Shown here: piece by piece, positions 1 through 9,805 of the stretch
Numbering within the stretch: the stretch's first letter is position 1
How the letters are laid out: each line of letters starts with the position of its first letter
Translations under genes and position numbers: made by a program
NCBI GenBank assembly: GCA_010093605.1
Contig: MU004181.1
Location: forward strand, 3,162,001-3,226,000
Direction of reading: 5' to 3'
From: Lophium mytilinum
Taxonomy: Eukaryota
DNA: 64,000 nucleotides
Notes under the pieces: generated by a model
Told to the model about the DNA's origin: nothing
What the model saw: only the letters and a program-made list of their open reading frames with translations
Databases searched by the model: none

Positions 1-3000
1 TTGCCCTGAAACTGGCGTCGGTTCAACTGAAGACGACGAATATGTCCCTCAAAGATGACACGATTCTGTCATTACCAGAGATTACAGCACAACTATCGAA
101 AGTAAGTGTTGAAATGACTATGCTGGAGGATGGTAATATGCGCCACTGCGGCAACATTGCTTTTGGTGCATCGTTCCATGCTACCTCCCAGGTCGGCCAG
201 GACAGTACAAGACGAGTGTATCACGTAGAAGTGCCGGGACTGGAAGTCAACCTGTTTGCTGATACTGCATCCGCTGTGGTGGACGTCCTGAATCACCTCC
301 AAGACAAAATCAAGGACTTAGACCTCTCCAAGGAGAGGAAGTACCTAAGAAGACTTCGTCACACAAAGAGTCGAGGCCTAAAGAAAGATTCAATCGATCA
401 GAGCAAGGAAAACGACAACAGCGGCGGTGCCCCTGACGCCCTATTTACCTCCACATATTCATTGGAGTTGCGGCGCATACAAATTACCTGGGTTATGGGC
501 GCCTCTGTCCCGTTGTACTCGATCACTGAGCCAGAAGATCTCGTTCTCTCCTTCCGAAGGATCAACCTATCCACAAGGAAAGACGATGCGGCACGGCTCA
601 TGATTGAGGACCTGCAATTGCAGATGATTCCCGTCTCAGGTGATAAGCAACAACGATCCCTGAACTCGGCCCTTCTTCCAGAAGTTGTCTTCAATGTTTC
701 TTACAGCTCGACAAATGAAGTCCGCAAGCTAGCTTTTCAAGCCGCTGGCAAGTCCTTGGATCTTCGCCTGGAATCCCATTTCGTCATTCCCGCAAGCATG
801 CTTCATCGATCGATGTCCCTCGCAGGACAGAAGTTCCGTGCGGCATCCGCGACTTGGAAAACGACACCGACGTCTAGTGGGACACAACGATCAAGTCCAT
901 TCGGGAACAAGAAACTGTCTTCTCTGTTAGTTGATGCCGACTTCGCTGGTGCCGTTGTTCATTTATCCGGCGAGCGGGATCAAGACACGAACACACGGCT
1001 GCCACAGAAAGGAAGATACAGCCAGTTTGTAAGCGATGGTACTTCAAACAAGGTGTCTCTTCGGGCACCTGGAGTCGCTTTGAAAGTCCAATACAAGGAT
1101 GACGGACAAGAGCCTGCACTCAATGCCGAGCTGAAAGTTGATGCTTCTAGCAACACTCTTTTTCCAACATTAGTTCCCTTGGTAATGGACATCTCGAACA
1201 GTATCAAAGAGGTAGTGCGAAACGATGACTCTGAAAGTTCGCCGCAAAGCCCACAGTCTAAAACTCCTGGAAAGCTGCTGGACGAAGACAACCTGATTAC
1301 AGCCGATCCCAGTGCCATCTTAGGGAAGACAAAACTCAACCTCGGCGTGCGCATTCGCAAACAGGAATTCAGTCTTAGTTGTCAGCCTATCGCCCGAGTA
1401 GCTGCTACAGCCCGTCTAGACGATCTCTATGTTACAATCAACAGCGTTAAATCCAGGGAGCAGGGCCATTTCTTTGCAGTTTCCGCTGCAATTGAGAAAT
1501 TGCAAGTCGCTGTCCAGCACGTTTATTCCAGAGAGTCCACGTTTGCCTTCGATGTTGACTCTATTGTGCTCTCGTTGATGAACAGCAAGCATCTTAGCGG
1601 TACCAGTGGTATTTCTGCCATTCTAAAGATCAATCCCATGCGGACGCAAATCAACGCACGTCAATTGCAAGACTTCCTACTTTTCCGAGAGATTTGGATT
1701 CCACCAGAGATAAGAAAGGCTTCCAAGCAAACTCAGAGCACTGCAACTACCGAACCACAGGAGTATCTCGTGCAACGCTACCAGAAAGTTGCTGCTACCG
1801 CTGCCTTCCCATGGAATGCAAACGTTGCTATATCAGAAGTCTCCATTGACCTTGATCTTGGCCAATCAATCGGCAAGACCTCGTTAAAGGTGACGAACCT
1901 TTGGGCTTCTTCGAAAAAGAACTCCGACTGGGAACAGAATCTCTGTATCGGTGTGGAGCGGGTTGGCGTCGAAAGCCAGGGCCGGACGAGCGGCTTCATC
2001 GAAATCACCGAAGTCCAAGTAAGGACCTCGATCAGTTGGCCTTCTCGAACAATACAAATCCGGCAGACTCCCCTCATCCAAGCATCGCTCGGCTTCCAAC
2101 GACTCCGATTTAAAGCTGGATTTGATTACCAAGCTTTCGCAATCGCAGATATCGCTAATTTTGATTTCCTGATGTATAATGTGCGGGAGCAAACTAAAGG
2201 CGCCCCCGATCGTTTAGTGGCCATTCTCGATGGCGACAAGGTCCAGGTTTTCTGCACCGCGACTAGTGCAGCTCAAGGCCTCGCCCTGTATCAAGCTATC
2301 GAACGTTTGGTGCTAGAGAACCAGCAAGCTTATGCCCAATCTCTCCGGGACATCGAAAAATTCCTGCGTCGCAAATCTTCTGTAATACCGACGCGCTCGT
2401 CTCTCCAAATCCTCAACTCTGCCAAAGCTGGAACCGATACGTTCAAAGCACCCATCTCACTTCATACGGACGTTGTCCTCACCTTACGATCCGTCAGTCT
2501 AGGCATTTTCCCGTCTACGTTCACGGATAATCAAATTTTCATGCTCGAGGTGTCAGATTCACAAGCTCGTTTCGCTGCCGCACTTGAGAAGGGCAGGGTC
2601 CACTCTGGACTCGGCATGACGCTTGGCAAGCTATCTGTCGCTTTGGCCGCCGTGACACAGTCCAAGAAGGCGAAGACGGTGAGCGAGCTCTCTGTCGAAG
2701 ATGTCGTCGACAGCGCCAGAGCGGCACGAGGCGGCACCATCTTACGAGTGCCGAAAGTTGTTGCAACCATGCAGACTTGGCAGAGCCCCGAGTCCAACCA
2801 TATCGACTACATCTTCAAGAGCTCGCTCGAAGGCAAGGTCGACGTCGGTTGGAACTATAACCGCATCTCGTTCATCCGCACTATGTGGTCCAACCACTCC
2901 CGCTCGTTGGCTTCTCGTCTCGGCAAGCCGCTGCCAGAATCCGCCCTCAAGATCACGACGCCGGAGAAGCCGGACACTGCTGCTGCGGGCCAAGCGGGTG

Positions 3001-3275
3001 CAGGCTACGCAGATGGGAAAACGACCGCAGAGCAAGACAAGATTACTGCGGTTGTGAATGTGCCGCAGAGTAGGTACGAGTACACGGCGTTGGAGCCACC
3101 GATCATCGAAACGCCGCAGCTGAGGGATATGGGAGAGGCGACGCCGCCGCTGGAGTGGATAGGGTTACATAGGGATCGTCTGCCGAATGTGACGCATCAG
3201 ATTGTCATTGTGACGCTCTTGGAGGTAGCGAAGGAGGTAGAGGATGCATATGGGAGGATTCTGGGGACTTCGTAG
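1..3275 (+). CDS. CSF1: Csf1 / BLTP1-family bridge-like lipid transfer protein, C-terminal part (5' end outside window)
   Basis: Open frame of >1000 aa ending ...EPPIIETPQLRDMGEATPPLEWIGLHRDRLPNVTHQIVI...EDAYGRILG, the C-terminus I recognise from fungal Csf1. Confidence 0.85.
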   Translation, partial: ALKLASVQLKTTNMSLKDDTILSLPEITAQLSKVSVEMTMLEDGNMRHCGNIAFGASFHATSQVGQDSTRRVYHVEVPGLEVNLFADTASAVVDVLNHLQDKIKDLDLSKERKYLRRLRHTKSRGLKKDSIDQSKENDNSGGAPDALFTSTYSLELRRIQITWVMGASVPLYSITEPEDLVLSFRRINLSTRKDDAARLMIEDLQLQMIPVSGDKQQRSLNSALLPEVVFNVSYSSTNEVRKLAFQAAGKSLDLRLESHFVIPASMLHRSMSLAGQKFRAASATWKTTPTSSGTQRSSPFGNKKLSSLLVDADFAGAVVHLSGERDQDTNTRLPQKGRYSQFVSDGTSNKVSLRAPGVALKVQYKDDGQEPALNAELKVDASSNTLFPTLVPLVMDISNSIKEVVRNDDSESSPQSPQSKTPGKLLDEDNLITADPSAILGKTKLNLGVRIRKQEFSLSCQPIARVAATARLDDLYVTINSVKSREQGHFFAVSAAIEKLQVAVQHVYSRESTFAFDVDSIVLSLMNSKHLSGTSGISAILKINPMRTQINARQLQDFLLFREIWIPPEIRKASKQTQSTATTEPQEYLVQRYQKVAATAAFPWNANVAISEVSIDLDLGQSIGKTSLKVTNLWASSKKNSDWEQNLCIGVERVGVESQGRTSGFIEITEVQVRTSISWPSRTIQIRQTPLIQASLGFQRLRFKAGFDYQAFAIADIANFDFLMYNVREQTKGAPDRLVAILDGDKVQVFCTATSAAQGLALYQAIERLVLENQQAYAQSLRDIEKFLRRKSSVIPTRSSLQILNSAKAGTDTFKAPISLHTDVVLTLRSVSLGIFPSTFTDNQIFMLEVSDSQARFAAALEKGRVHSGLGMTLGKLSVALAAVTQSKKAKTVSELSVEDVVDSARAARGGTILRVPKVVATMQTWQSPESNHIDYIFKSSLEGKVDVGWNYNRISFIRTMWSNHSRSLASRLGKPLPESALKITTPEKPDTAAAGQAGAGYADGKTTAEQDKITAVVNVPQSRYEYTALEPPIIETPQLRDMGEATPPLEWIGLHRDRLPNVTHQIVIVTLLEVAKEVEDAYGRILGTS

Positions 3276-4172
3276 TGTGTTGATTTTAGATACCCCTTCA
3301 GTGCTTTTGAGAGCATGTGCATATGATTCTGGCGTACCATGGAACGGTTTTGGACGCATCAGCAGGCGTTTAGCATTGTAGGTTTCACAGAAGCTCTTTT
3401 GTTGTAGTTTCTAGTTCTGTATATTTCTTGTAAAACGAACGCCGTCAAGGCCTATTGAATATACTTCTATGTTGTCCTACACCCTTTGCCGCTTGTCGTG
3501 GCACTTGAATGTACTATCAGCGCGGGTGTCGAAGCCGTTCACATCTCAGCATCTGGTACACGTGGGAGAGATTCTCGGACAAGAACAGAAATGCATGTAC
3601 AGACTGAGCGTTTGACCTGTTACTCTAAATCTCGGTAGGAAAGGTAATTCTGTAGGTTTTCACGGCTTTTGCAATGTTTTGGTTCGCTGGTCTTGTTGGG
3701 GGCGTGACTCCCCTTCCCTTTGCGTCCCATGGTACGGCAGACGAAGACTTTGGTCAGCGCCCCAGCCATCACCGACAAACCACTGAGCATGTATTTCGTC
3801 ACATCGTGCGACTTTCGTTCTACGCCCAGGATCAACAGCTTCCATCCTTCACAGACGAAGCTGGCGTGAGTGGAGAGGCCTCGCCAAGAATCGTGACGTC
3901 TCATTCGTGATTCTACCGCTTCACACTTCACCTTAGCTATTGAAATAATAGGCCGTTCAGCTACAATAGCCCACTCGTCGACAATAAGCGTCCCAGCCTA
4001 CTTCTTGACCGTCACCTTCCGCGACGACTTCTTCCTCCGACATCATCCTCTCTTCCTCTTTCGCACAGCACACCACCGTCTTCCACTACTTTCCTGCACC
4101 GACTGAGCTGGCCTCACCGACCGCTGCTCTCGCACCTTCCTCTCAGACCTGCCTTCTTGCCCGTCATCAGCC

Positions 4173-6275
4173 ATGTCTGCGAACTTTCCAGCTCCAGCGA
4201 CCCGTCCTACTCCAGCGACCCGTCCTGCTCCAGCGGCCGGCCCTGGTCCAACGACGACATATTTTCCGGACATCTTTGGCGCCAACCTTCCGGACGTCTT
4301 CGGCGCCCGCCTTCCTGTACAACAGCATGCTTCTTCGTTCGTTCCAGGGACTTCCTCCGCTCAAATGACATCCTCCGCTCGAACGGCCTCTCACGCCCGC
4401 CTTTCTGCACAGTATCAACAGAACCAGAACATGCCAGGACAGCGCTCGACTTCATTCCATGTTCCATCACCGTATACCGTACCCAGTACTCCGTCCGCTT
4501 CCGTTGTCTCTGGCCCTCGTTTGTCCTCGCCGCAACAGTCACAGTTTCCCACAAGTCACTCGGTTCTATCTGCTACTGCGTCTTCTGGCCTACGCAATTC
4601 TGTGCAACAGAACCAAGGACAGCGCCCAATTTCGTTCCATGCTTCCTCGCCACGACCCATGGCCAACCAGCCATCTTTTCTCCCAAGCTCCAGCGAACGT
4701 GGTCATATTCAGCAGAATCAAGATCAGAATCGCACAGAAACTCCTGCGACCGAAACAATCCGACTGGAGTATGCAGATGGCACCCCCGTTGACCCGCGTC
4801 TACTCGCTGCTGAGACACCTATCCCGGCGGTCGAGGTCGCTTGGTTTGCTTTTCAGGCTAGATTGGAAGCCCAGAGAAAGCGCAAAAATCCTGGAGGACA
4901 GAGCGCTTCAACCGATTGCGACGACTATGGATCAGTAGACCCCGAGTCGTATAGAGAGGACCAAGCTGTCACCGATATCTATCATCTCATGGGCTGTCAT
5001 GACTGGAGGTATGACGGTATATCTCAGTGCGGAATGAAGATCTTGACCGACGGACTCTTCTGGCTCAGCAATAAACATCGACACGTATGGTATGGTTTAC
5101 CGCCCAAGTTGGGAACGGTACACTGGGTGCACACCTTCCAGCAAGCACACAACGCTTCTCCGATTGTTGGCGGTGCCTCCCGCGGATTGAGGATGCGTAT
5201 GTTCAAGACATCACCTATCGAGGGTACTTCGATATCTTCTCCGGCTCTTCAGTCACATTCTGTGCATGGCCAGAACTTTACTGGACCAGCTTCACCATCG
5301 CTTGCGACACCTGTGGGAAGCACTTCGATATCCTCTCCGACTCGTCAGCCTTATTCTGTACGTGGCCAGAACTTCACCGCTCCTGCCGTACCATGGCCTC
5401 CGGCACCTACTAGGAGCACTTCAGCTCTCTTTCCGACTCGTCAGTCTTATATTGTACATGGCCAGAACTTCACCACTTTTACTGTACCATCGTCTCCGGT
5501 ACCTGTTGGGAGCACTTCAACTCCCTTTCCGACTCGTCAGCATTATTCTGTACATGGCCAGAACTTCGCGGCTCCAGCTTTACCATTGCCTGCGGCACCT
5601 GTCAGGAGCACTTCAACTTCCTCTCCGACCCGTCAGCCTGTGCCTGTACCTAGCCAGAACTTCACCGCTCCATCGGCGCCGATTTCGACGACAGCCCCTA
5701 GACCTAGTGGAAGTTTGAAGAGAAAGTCACCAGAGCCTGCCGCAGAGCCCGCCGCTCCAGTCGCGAAGAAGCCCAAGACCGACTCCCCGCTGGTGCCAAA
5801 CCGCAGCGCATCAATATCGCCTACCTCGAATGGCGGCACGAAGCGTAAATACAAGGCCCGCAAGCCTGTAGACCCAAACGCGCCAAAGAAGAGCAAGTGC
5901 CCGAGGGGCGAGGCGGCGAAGGCGAAGGCCGACTTGGGGGAGCTAAAGATGTCAAAAACACTCTTTAGCTACCCAATGCCCGCAGAAGACGACACTTCGG
6001 ACGAGGCAGTGTGCGTGAGATACGCGCACGAAAAGGGGGACAAGAAGGTTACCGACTTCCCGACAAACATGGCCGAAATCCTGCTAGAGGTTGGACGCTT
6101 TCCCCTCATAAGGGACCTAAGGTACCGAGAGAAGGACGACATGTCTCCTCTTGCGCGTTGCATTAGGTACTGTAAGTTCAATCTAGAGGATAAGAGGGAC
6201 TATAGGGCCAATGAGCCCACGATGGCGTGGCTTGTGGCGGCGATACTTGATAAAGATCCGGAGAAGAGGTGGTAG
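4173..6275 (+). CDS. Hypothetical 700-aa S/P/Q-rich protein with 32-aa internal repeats, basic NLS-like segments and two C-terminal C[VI]RY modules
   Basis: Intronless ATG-to-TAG ORF. Repeats keep the frame (96 bp). Basic patches LKRKSP, KKPK, KRKYKARK. Confidence 0.75.
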   Translation: MSANFPAPATRPTPATRPAPAAGPGPTTTYFPDIFGANLPDVFGARLPVQQHASSFVPGTSSAQMTSSARTASHARLSAQYQQNQNMPGQRSTSFHVPSPYTVPSTPSASVVSGPRLSSPQQSQFPTSHSVLSATASSGLRNSVQQNQGQRPISFHASSPRPMANQPSFLPSSSERGHIQQNQDQNRTETPATETIRLEYADGTPVDPRLLAAETPIPAVEVAWFAFQARLEAQRKRKNPGGQSASTDCDDYGSVDPESYREDQAVTDIYHLMGCHDWRYDGISQCGMKILTDGLFWLSNKHRHVWYGLPPKLGTVHWVHTFQQAHNASPIVGGASRGLRMRMFKTSPIEGTSISSPALQSHSVHGQNFTGPASPSLATPVGSTSISSPTRQPYSVRGQNFTAPAVPWPPAPTRSTSALFPTRQSYIVHGQNFTTFTVPSSPVPVGSTSTPFPTRQHYSVHGQNFAAPALPLPAAPVRSTSTSSPTRQPVPVPSQNFTAPSAPISTTAPRPSGSLKRKSPEPAAEPAAPVAKKPKTDSPLVPNRSASISPTSNGGTKRKYKARKPVDPNAPKKSKCPRGEAAKAKADLGELKMSKTLFSYPMPAEDDTSDEAVCVRYAHEKGDKKVTDFPTNMAEILLEVGRFPLIRDLRYREKDDMSPLARCIRYCKFNLEDKRDYRANEPTMAWLVAAILDKDPEKRW
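4192..4235 (+). repeat. 18-bp coding tandem repeat (PATRPT/PATRPA), about 2.4 copies
   Basis: ctccagcgacccgtccta / ctccagcgacccgtcctg / ctccagcg. Confidence 0.85.
5224..5690 (+). repeat. 96-bp (32-aa) coding tandem repeat, about 5 copies
   Basis: (g/a)gccagaac anchors at 5268, 5364, 5460, 5556 and 5652. Consensus approximately STSxxxPTRQxYSVHGQNFTAPAxPxxxAPVx. Confidence 0.95.
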
Positions 6276-6519
6276 GGGGTGTTGGGGGCTGGGGTGATAG
6301 TTGGGGCGGTAGCGTGTGCGTCTACGTGGGGTTTGGGCCCGTATCTGGGCCCTGAAGGAGTGTTTATCTGGCTCATACTCCGGTGAGAAGTGTTGGTTCT
6401 TTGGCTTCTTTTCTTTGGGTAGACTGTAGACTTCAAATTGAGATTGATTAACCACTACACTGTGCACCTATGAAATGATGTAATGGCCCCTTGAATGTTT
6501 GGTTATGATGGTTATCCTT

Positions 6520-7930
6520 ATGTCATGTTCTAGGCGTCCTAAGTCTAAACGTAGTCTTCTAGATTAGCAGTGAGGGTAGTTTTGACTTCAAGCTTCAAAC
6601 GAAGTCGATAGACCTCTCAAGCTGCGGACGTACGAAACTAAACGAAGGCTGTCTGAGTGTTTCAAGATGAATAGAACCCCGATGTCATTTCCAGGCGTCC
6701 CAAATCTGAAGATAGTCTGAGAGATCAATAGCGAGTGTGATTCTGACTTCAAGCTTCAAACGGGGCCCATAGACCTCTCAAGTTGCGGGTATATGAAATG
6801 TTTTGAAGGCTGTCTAAGCGTTCTAAGATGTATTGAACCTTGATGTCATTTCCAGAAGCCCTAGATCTGGAGGTTCCTAAAAAGATCGACGATAACTGTA
6901 GTTTTAGCCACAAACTTCAAATTAGGCCGATAGACTTCTTAAGCTGCAGCCGCATAAAATGATTCGAATGCTGTCTAAGTGTTTCAAGATGAGTAGAATC
7001 CTGATGTCATTTCCAGGACCCCTAAATCTGGAGGTTCCTTGAAAGATCAATAACAGCCGTAGTTTTGGCCTCAAATCGCAAACGAGATCAAGAAACCAAT
7101 CAAATTTGAGGGGGCAGGAAATGATTTGAAGCGCTCCTGAGTGTTTGATCGCAACGAATGTACGGATGTCATTCTCAGGGGCCCCTAAACATGCAGGGTT
7201 CTGGAAAGATGAATAATAAACGTAGTTTTGGCCTTAAACTTCAAACGAGATCAAGAGACCAATCAAAGTGCGGACGTAGGAAATAGTGTGAAGCGCTCCT
7301 GAGTGTTACATCAAAAGAAATTTATGGACGTCATTTCCAGACGAGCTGAATCAGGAGCTGTCCGTAAGGTTTAGTAAATAGTGTGGTGTTGAAGTCGAGC
7401 CTCGATTGAGCTGCATATTCTCTTCAGTTTGGGTGCTTATGAAATGATTTGAAGGCCTCCAGAGGGTTCTGTAGCGACTGGGAGTTGGATGTCATTGTTT
7501 AGGTAGTCTGAATCAGCCCACTGGTCTTGACAATGGAGTAAGCCATGCGGAGGCCTCTCGGACGTGGCAGTGATGTACGCGTTTCTAATGTCGAAGCTCA
7601 GGCAAGCTGCATTAGCTCCTTGATCTTCACATCTTGCGGATGCACGAAATGATTTGAAAGCCTCCTGAGGGTTTCATGAATATCGAGGGGTAAATGTCAA
7701 GCCGTAGACAGCCTGAATCAGCCAACTGACATCGCCGTTCTAGTAAGCTAGTTGGTGGTCTCTCGGAGGTTTAGTGGTAACTGCGTTCTTAACGTCACGC
7801 ACCACACACGACTTATTAGGCCTTGAAGAATATGGAATTGCGGGTGTAGTAGGCGTTTTGAGAGTCTCCTGGGTGTTTGATAATACTGGAGGTGGAATGT
7901 TACGTTCTATACAGCCTATGTCAATTAGGT
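6520..7930. repeat. Non-coding degenerate tandem array: six 161-162 bp units followed by two ~204 bp units
   Basis: ATGTCA-type anchor at 6520, 6682, 6843, 7004, 7166, 7328, 7489, 7694 and 7897. Recurrent blocks GATGTCATTTCCAG, GTAGTTTT, CTTCAAAC, TGCGG, GAAATGATTTGAAG, CTGAGTGTTT. Confidence 0.92.
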
Positions 7931-8755
7931 GGAATTGAGATGTAGCTAAGGATACCACGGCTCTCCCGGCACGTAGCATCTAGATCGAGCTCTGATGTCA
8001 CATTCCATCCTCTTGGAATCTCATACCTCTCAAATCTAAGCTTGCGGACGGGAGGGGTTGCTTCTTTGCTTCAAGCAAATGGCAAACGCTTTGAAACGTA
8101 TCCTTGAACGGCTGTCTTAGGCCCACACAACGTATCATGTCTTCTTATTTTTACTCGCTTTGATGGGCATACGGCATATAGATGTTACAGGATTAGGCTA
8201 TAATTTTGGGCACACGGATATCACTGTTCGCGTGTCGCTTTTGCAATCTAGACACCACGGTCAAGGGCGGCCCTGTCGAGAGTATACCTCTTGGTCAAAA
8301 GGAAGCTCAGATTACGCGGTCTAAAACGTGACATGACGCCTATCTTGTGGTCTCCCTATGGGAGCGCTCCTGACAATGGCAACTGAGTGTGCACAGATAG
8401 GCCAAACCAAAGTGTCGCTAAGGGTGAATGTACGAATACAATGCAGTACTTCTGCACTGCTTACCTGGCGTAGAGCACCTTGTCCTTACGAGTAATCCGA
8501 CATTGTGCATTAATGAAGCTCTTTCTGAAGGTACTTAACACGCACAGGCGTGCTATCAGGTGACAACGCGGGTCAGTGAAAGCACAAGCGCTACCCGCAG
8601 AACTATAACAACCCCTATTTCTGCACTGAGGCCAAACATCCCCTCCATTCACCACCAACCATCAACCACCAACCACCATTACACACAACCCAATACAGCA
8701 AGACGACATATTCCGACCTGCTTATCAAAGCTCAACTGCGTCTGTCGTTAGTAGC

Positions 8756-9805
8756 ATGGTAGGCCACACCCCATCCCGCTCTGCTGGCTCCAAAGGTCGG
8801 GGCGTTATACGGGGCTTCCACGAGAACATCGCGTCCAGGATGCCGGATGTGCCTAGGATTGAGTCAAGCTACGAGCCTGAATGGTCTAAGATCCCTCCCT
8901 CCGTCCTCCATAAGTTCCAGTCCTTCGCGGCCGAATCCGTCGATTGGACGACTCGCGAGTCTCTTCCGGTGAGCTCAAAGCTACCAATCGAGGCAGCACT
9001 CGAGGGCTTTGATTGGTCAGTCCAGGCGCAAAAAGTCTCCGAAACCGGGGAACCTCTCGAAGGAACGCCCACAGAGGATTGCGGGAGCTCCATGCTCGAA
9101 GATAGCTTTCCGCTCGCGGGAGACAAGTCGGGGAGGAATTACGATAAACTCAGGGATGCGCCGGGTATGAACCTAGACTTCCCTGCCAACGCCAACATCC
9201 TCGCAGCTGAGTTTGCCGCATTCCTACCAAATGCCCGGCTCGCGTATCCCGTTGCAGAGCGGTTGATCAGCAACGGATTCGACTATCGTGTGTTGGCGTA
9301 CATGATCAACACCTTGCGGGACATGCCGAATGGTTTCATCGAAACCAACTCCATCCTGAAAGGAATGCAGATCACGATGCGATTGGGGCCGCAAGCTGGG
9401 TGCCCGCGAGAGAATTGGACACGGGCAAAACAAGCTGAACAGATCCCAGATTCTTGGGACGAGAACAACGTTAGCACGGAAGGGTACCAGCCACGATATC
9501 GCACGCATCCCAATAAGAAGGCAAACCTTTCGACGGGACCAATGAGGCTGGTCGACCCGGTCCCATTCAAAGACCTGGCCAGAGGCGTCCAGCAATTTCC
9601 GCAGGGAAAAGACTGCGGAGACCTCACCTGCTGCGTTCGTTATCATCTCCGTCACCCAAACGAAGACTGGGTCTATCCGACTGACTTCGCCAATTTAATT
9701 GATCATATAGGAGGTCCAATGCGTATCTCTGACCATCACACAGACTATGAAGCCTTTATGCGCTGGGAAGCGGCTATGACGTCTGGCGTAAAGCCGGAAA
9801 ACTAG
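8756..9805 (+). CDS. Hypothetical 349-aa protein of an uncharacterised fungal family
   Basis: Intronless ORF with globular-looking blocks PANANILAAEFAAFLPN...RLISNGF...MINTLR and PFKDLARGV..FPQGKDCGDLTCCVRYHLRHPNEDWVYPTDF...IGGP...DYEAFMRW. Confidence 0.8.
   Translation: MVGHTPSRSAGSKGRGVIRGFHENIASRMPDVPRIESSYEPEWSKIPPSVLHKFQSFAAESVDWTTRESLPVSSKLPIEAALEGFDWSVQAQKVSETGEPLEGTPTEDCGSSMLEDSFPLAGDKSGRNYDKLRDAPGMNLDFPANANILAAEFAAFLPNARLAYPVAERLISNGFDYRVLAYMINTLRDMPNGFIETNSILKGMQITMRLGPQAGCPRENWTRAKQAEQIPDSWDENNVSTEGYQPRYRTHPNKKANLSTGPMRLVDPVPFKDLARGVQQFPQGKDCGDLTCCVRYHLRHPNEDWVYPTDFANLIDHIGGPMRISDHHTDYEAFMRWEAAMTSGVKPEN

Noticed and set aside
6520..7930. Array as a CRISPR array or a coding repeat (162 bp = 54 codons)
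   Set aside because: Whole units are homologous, with no unique spacers and no cas genes. The 161-bp units and stops break any frame.
4173..9805. Known transposon (DDE, reverse transcriptase, Helitron, tyrosine recombinase, Fanzor)
   Set aside because: No catalytic motifs, terminal repeats or target-site duplications were recognisable.
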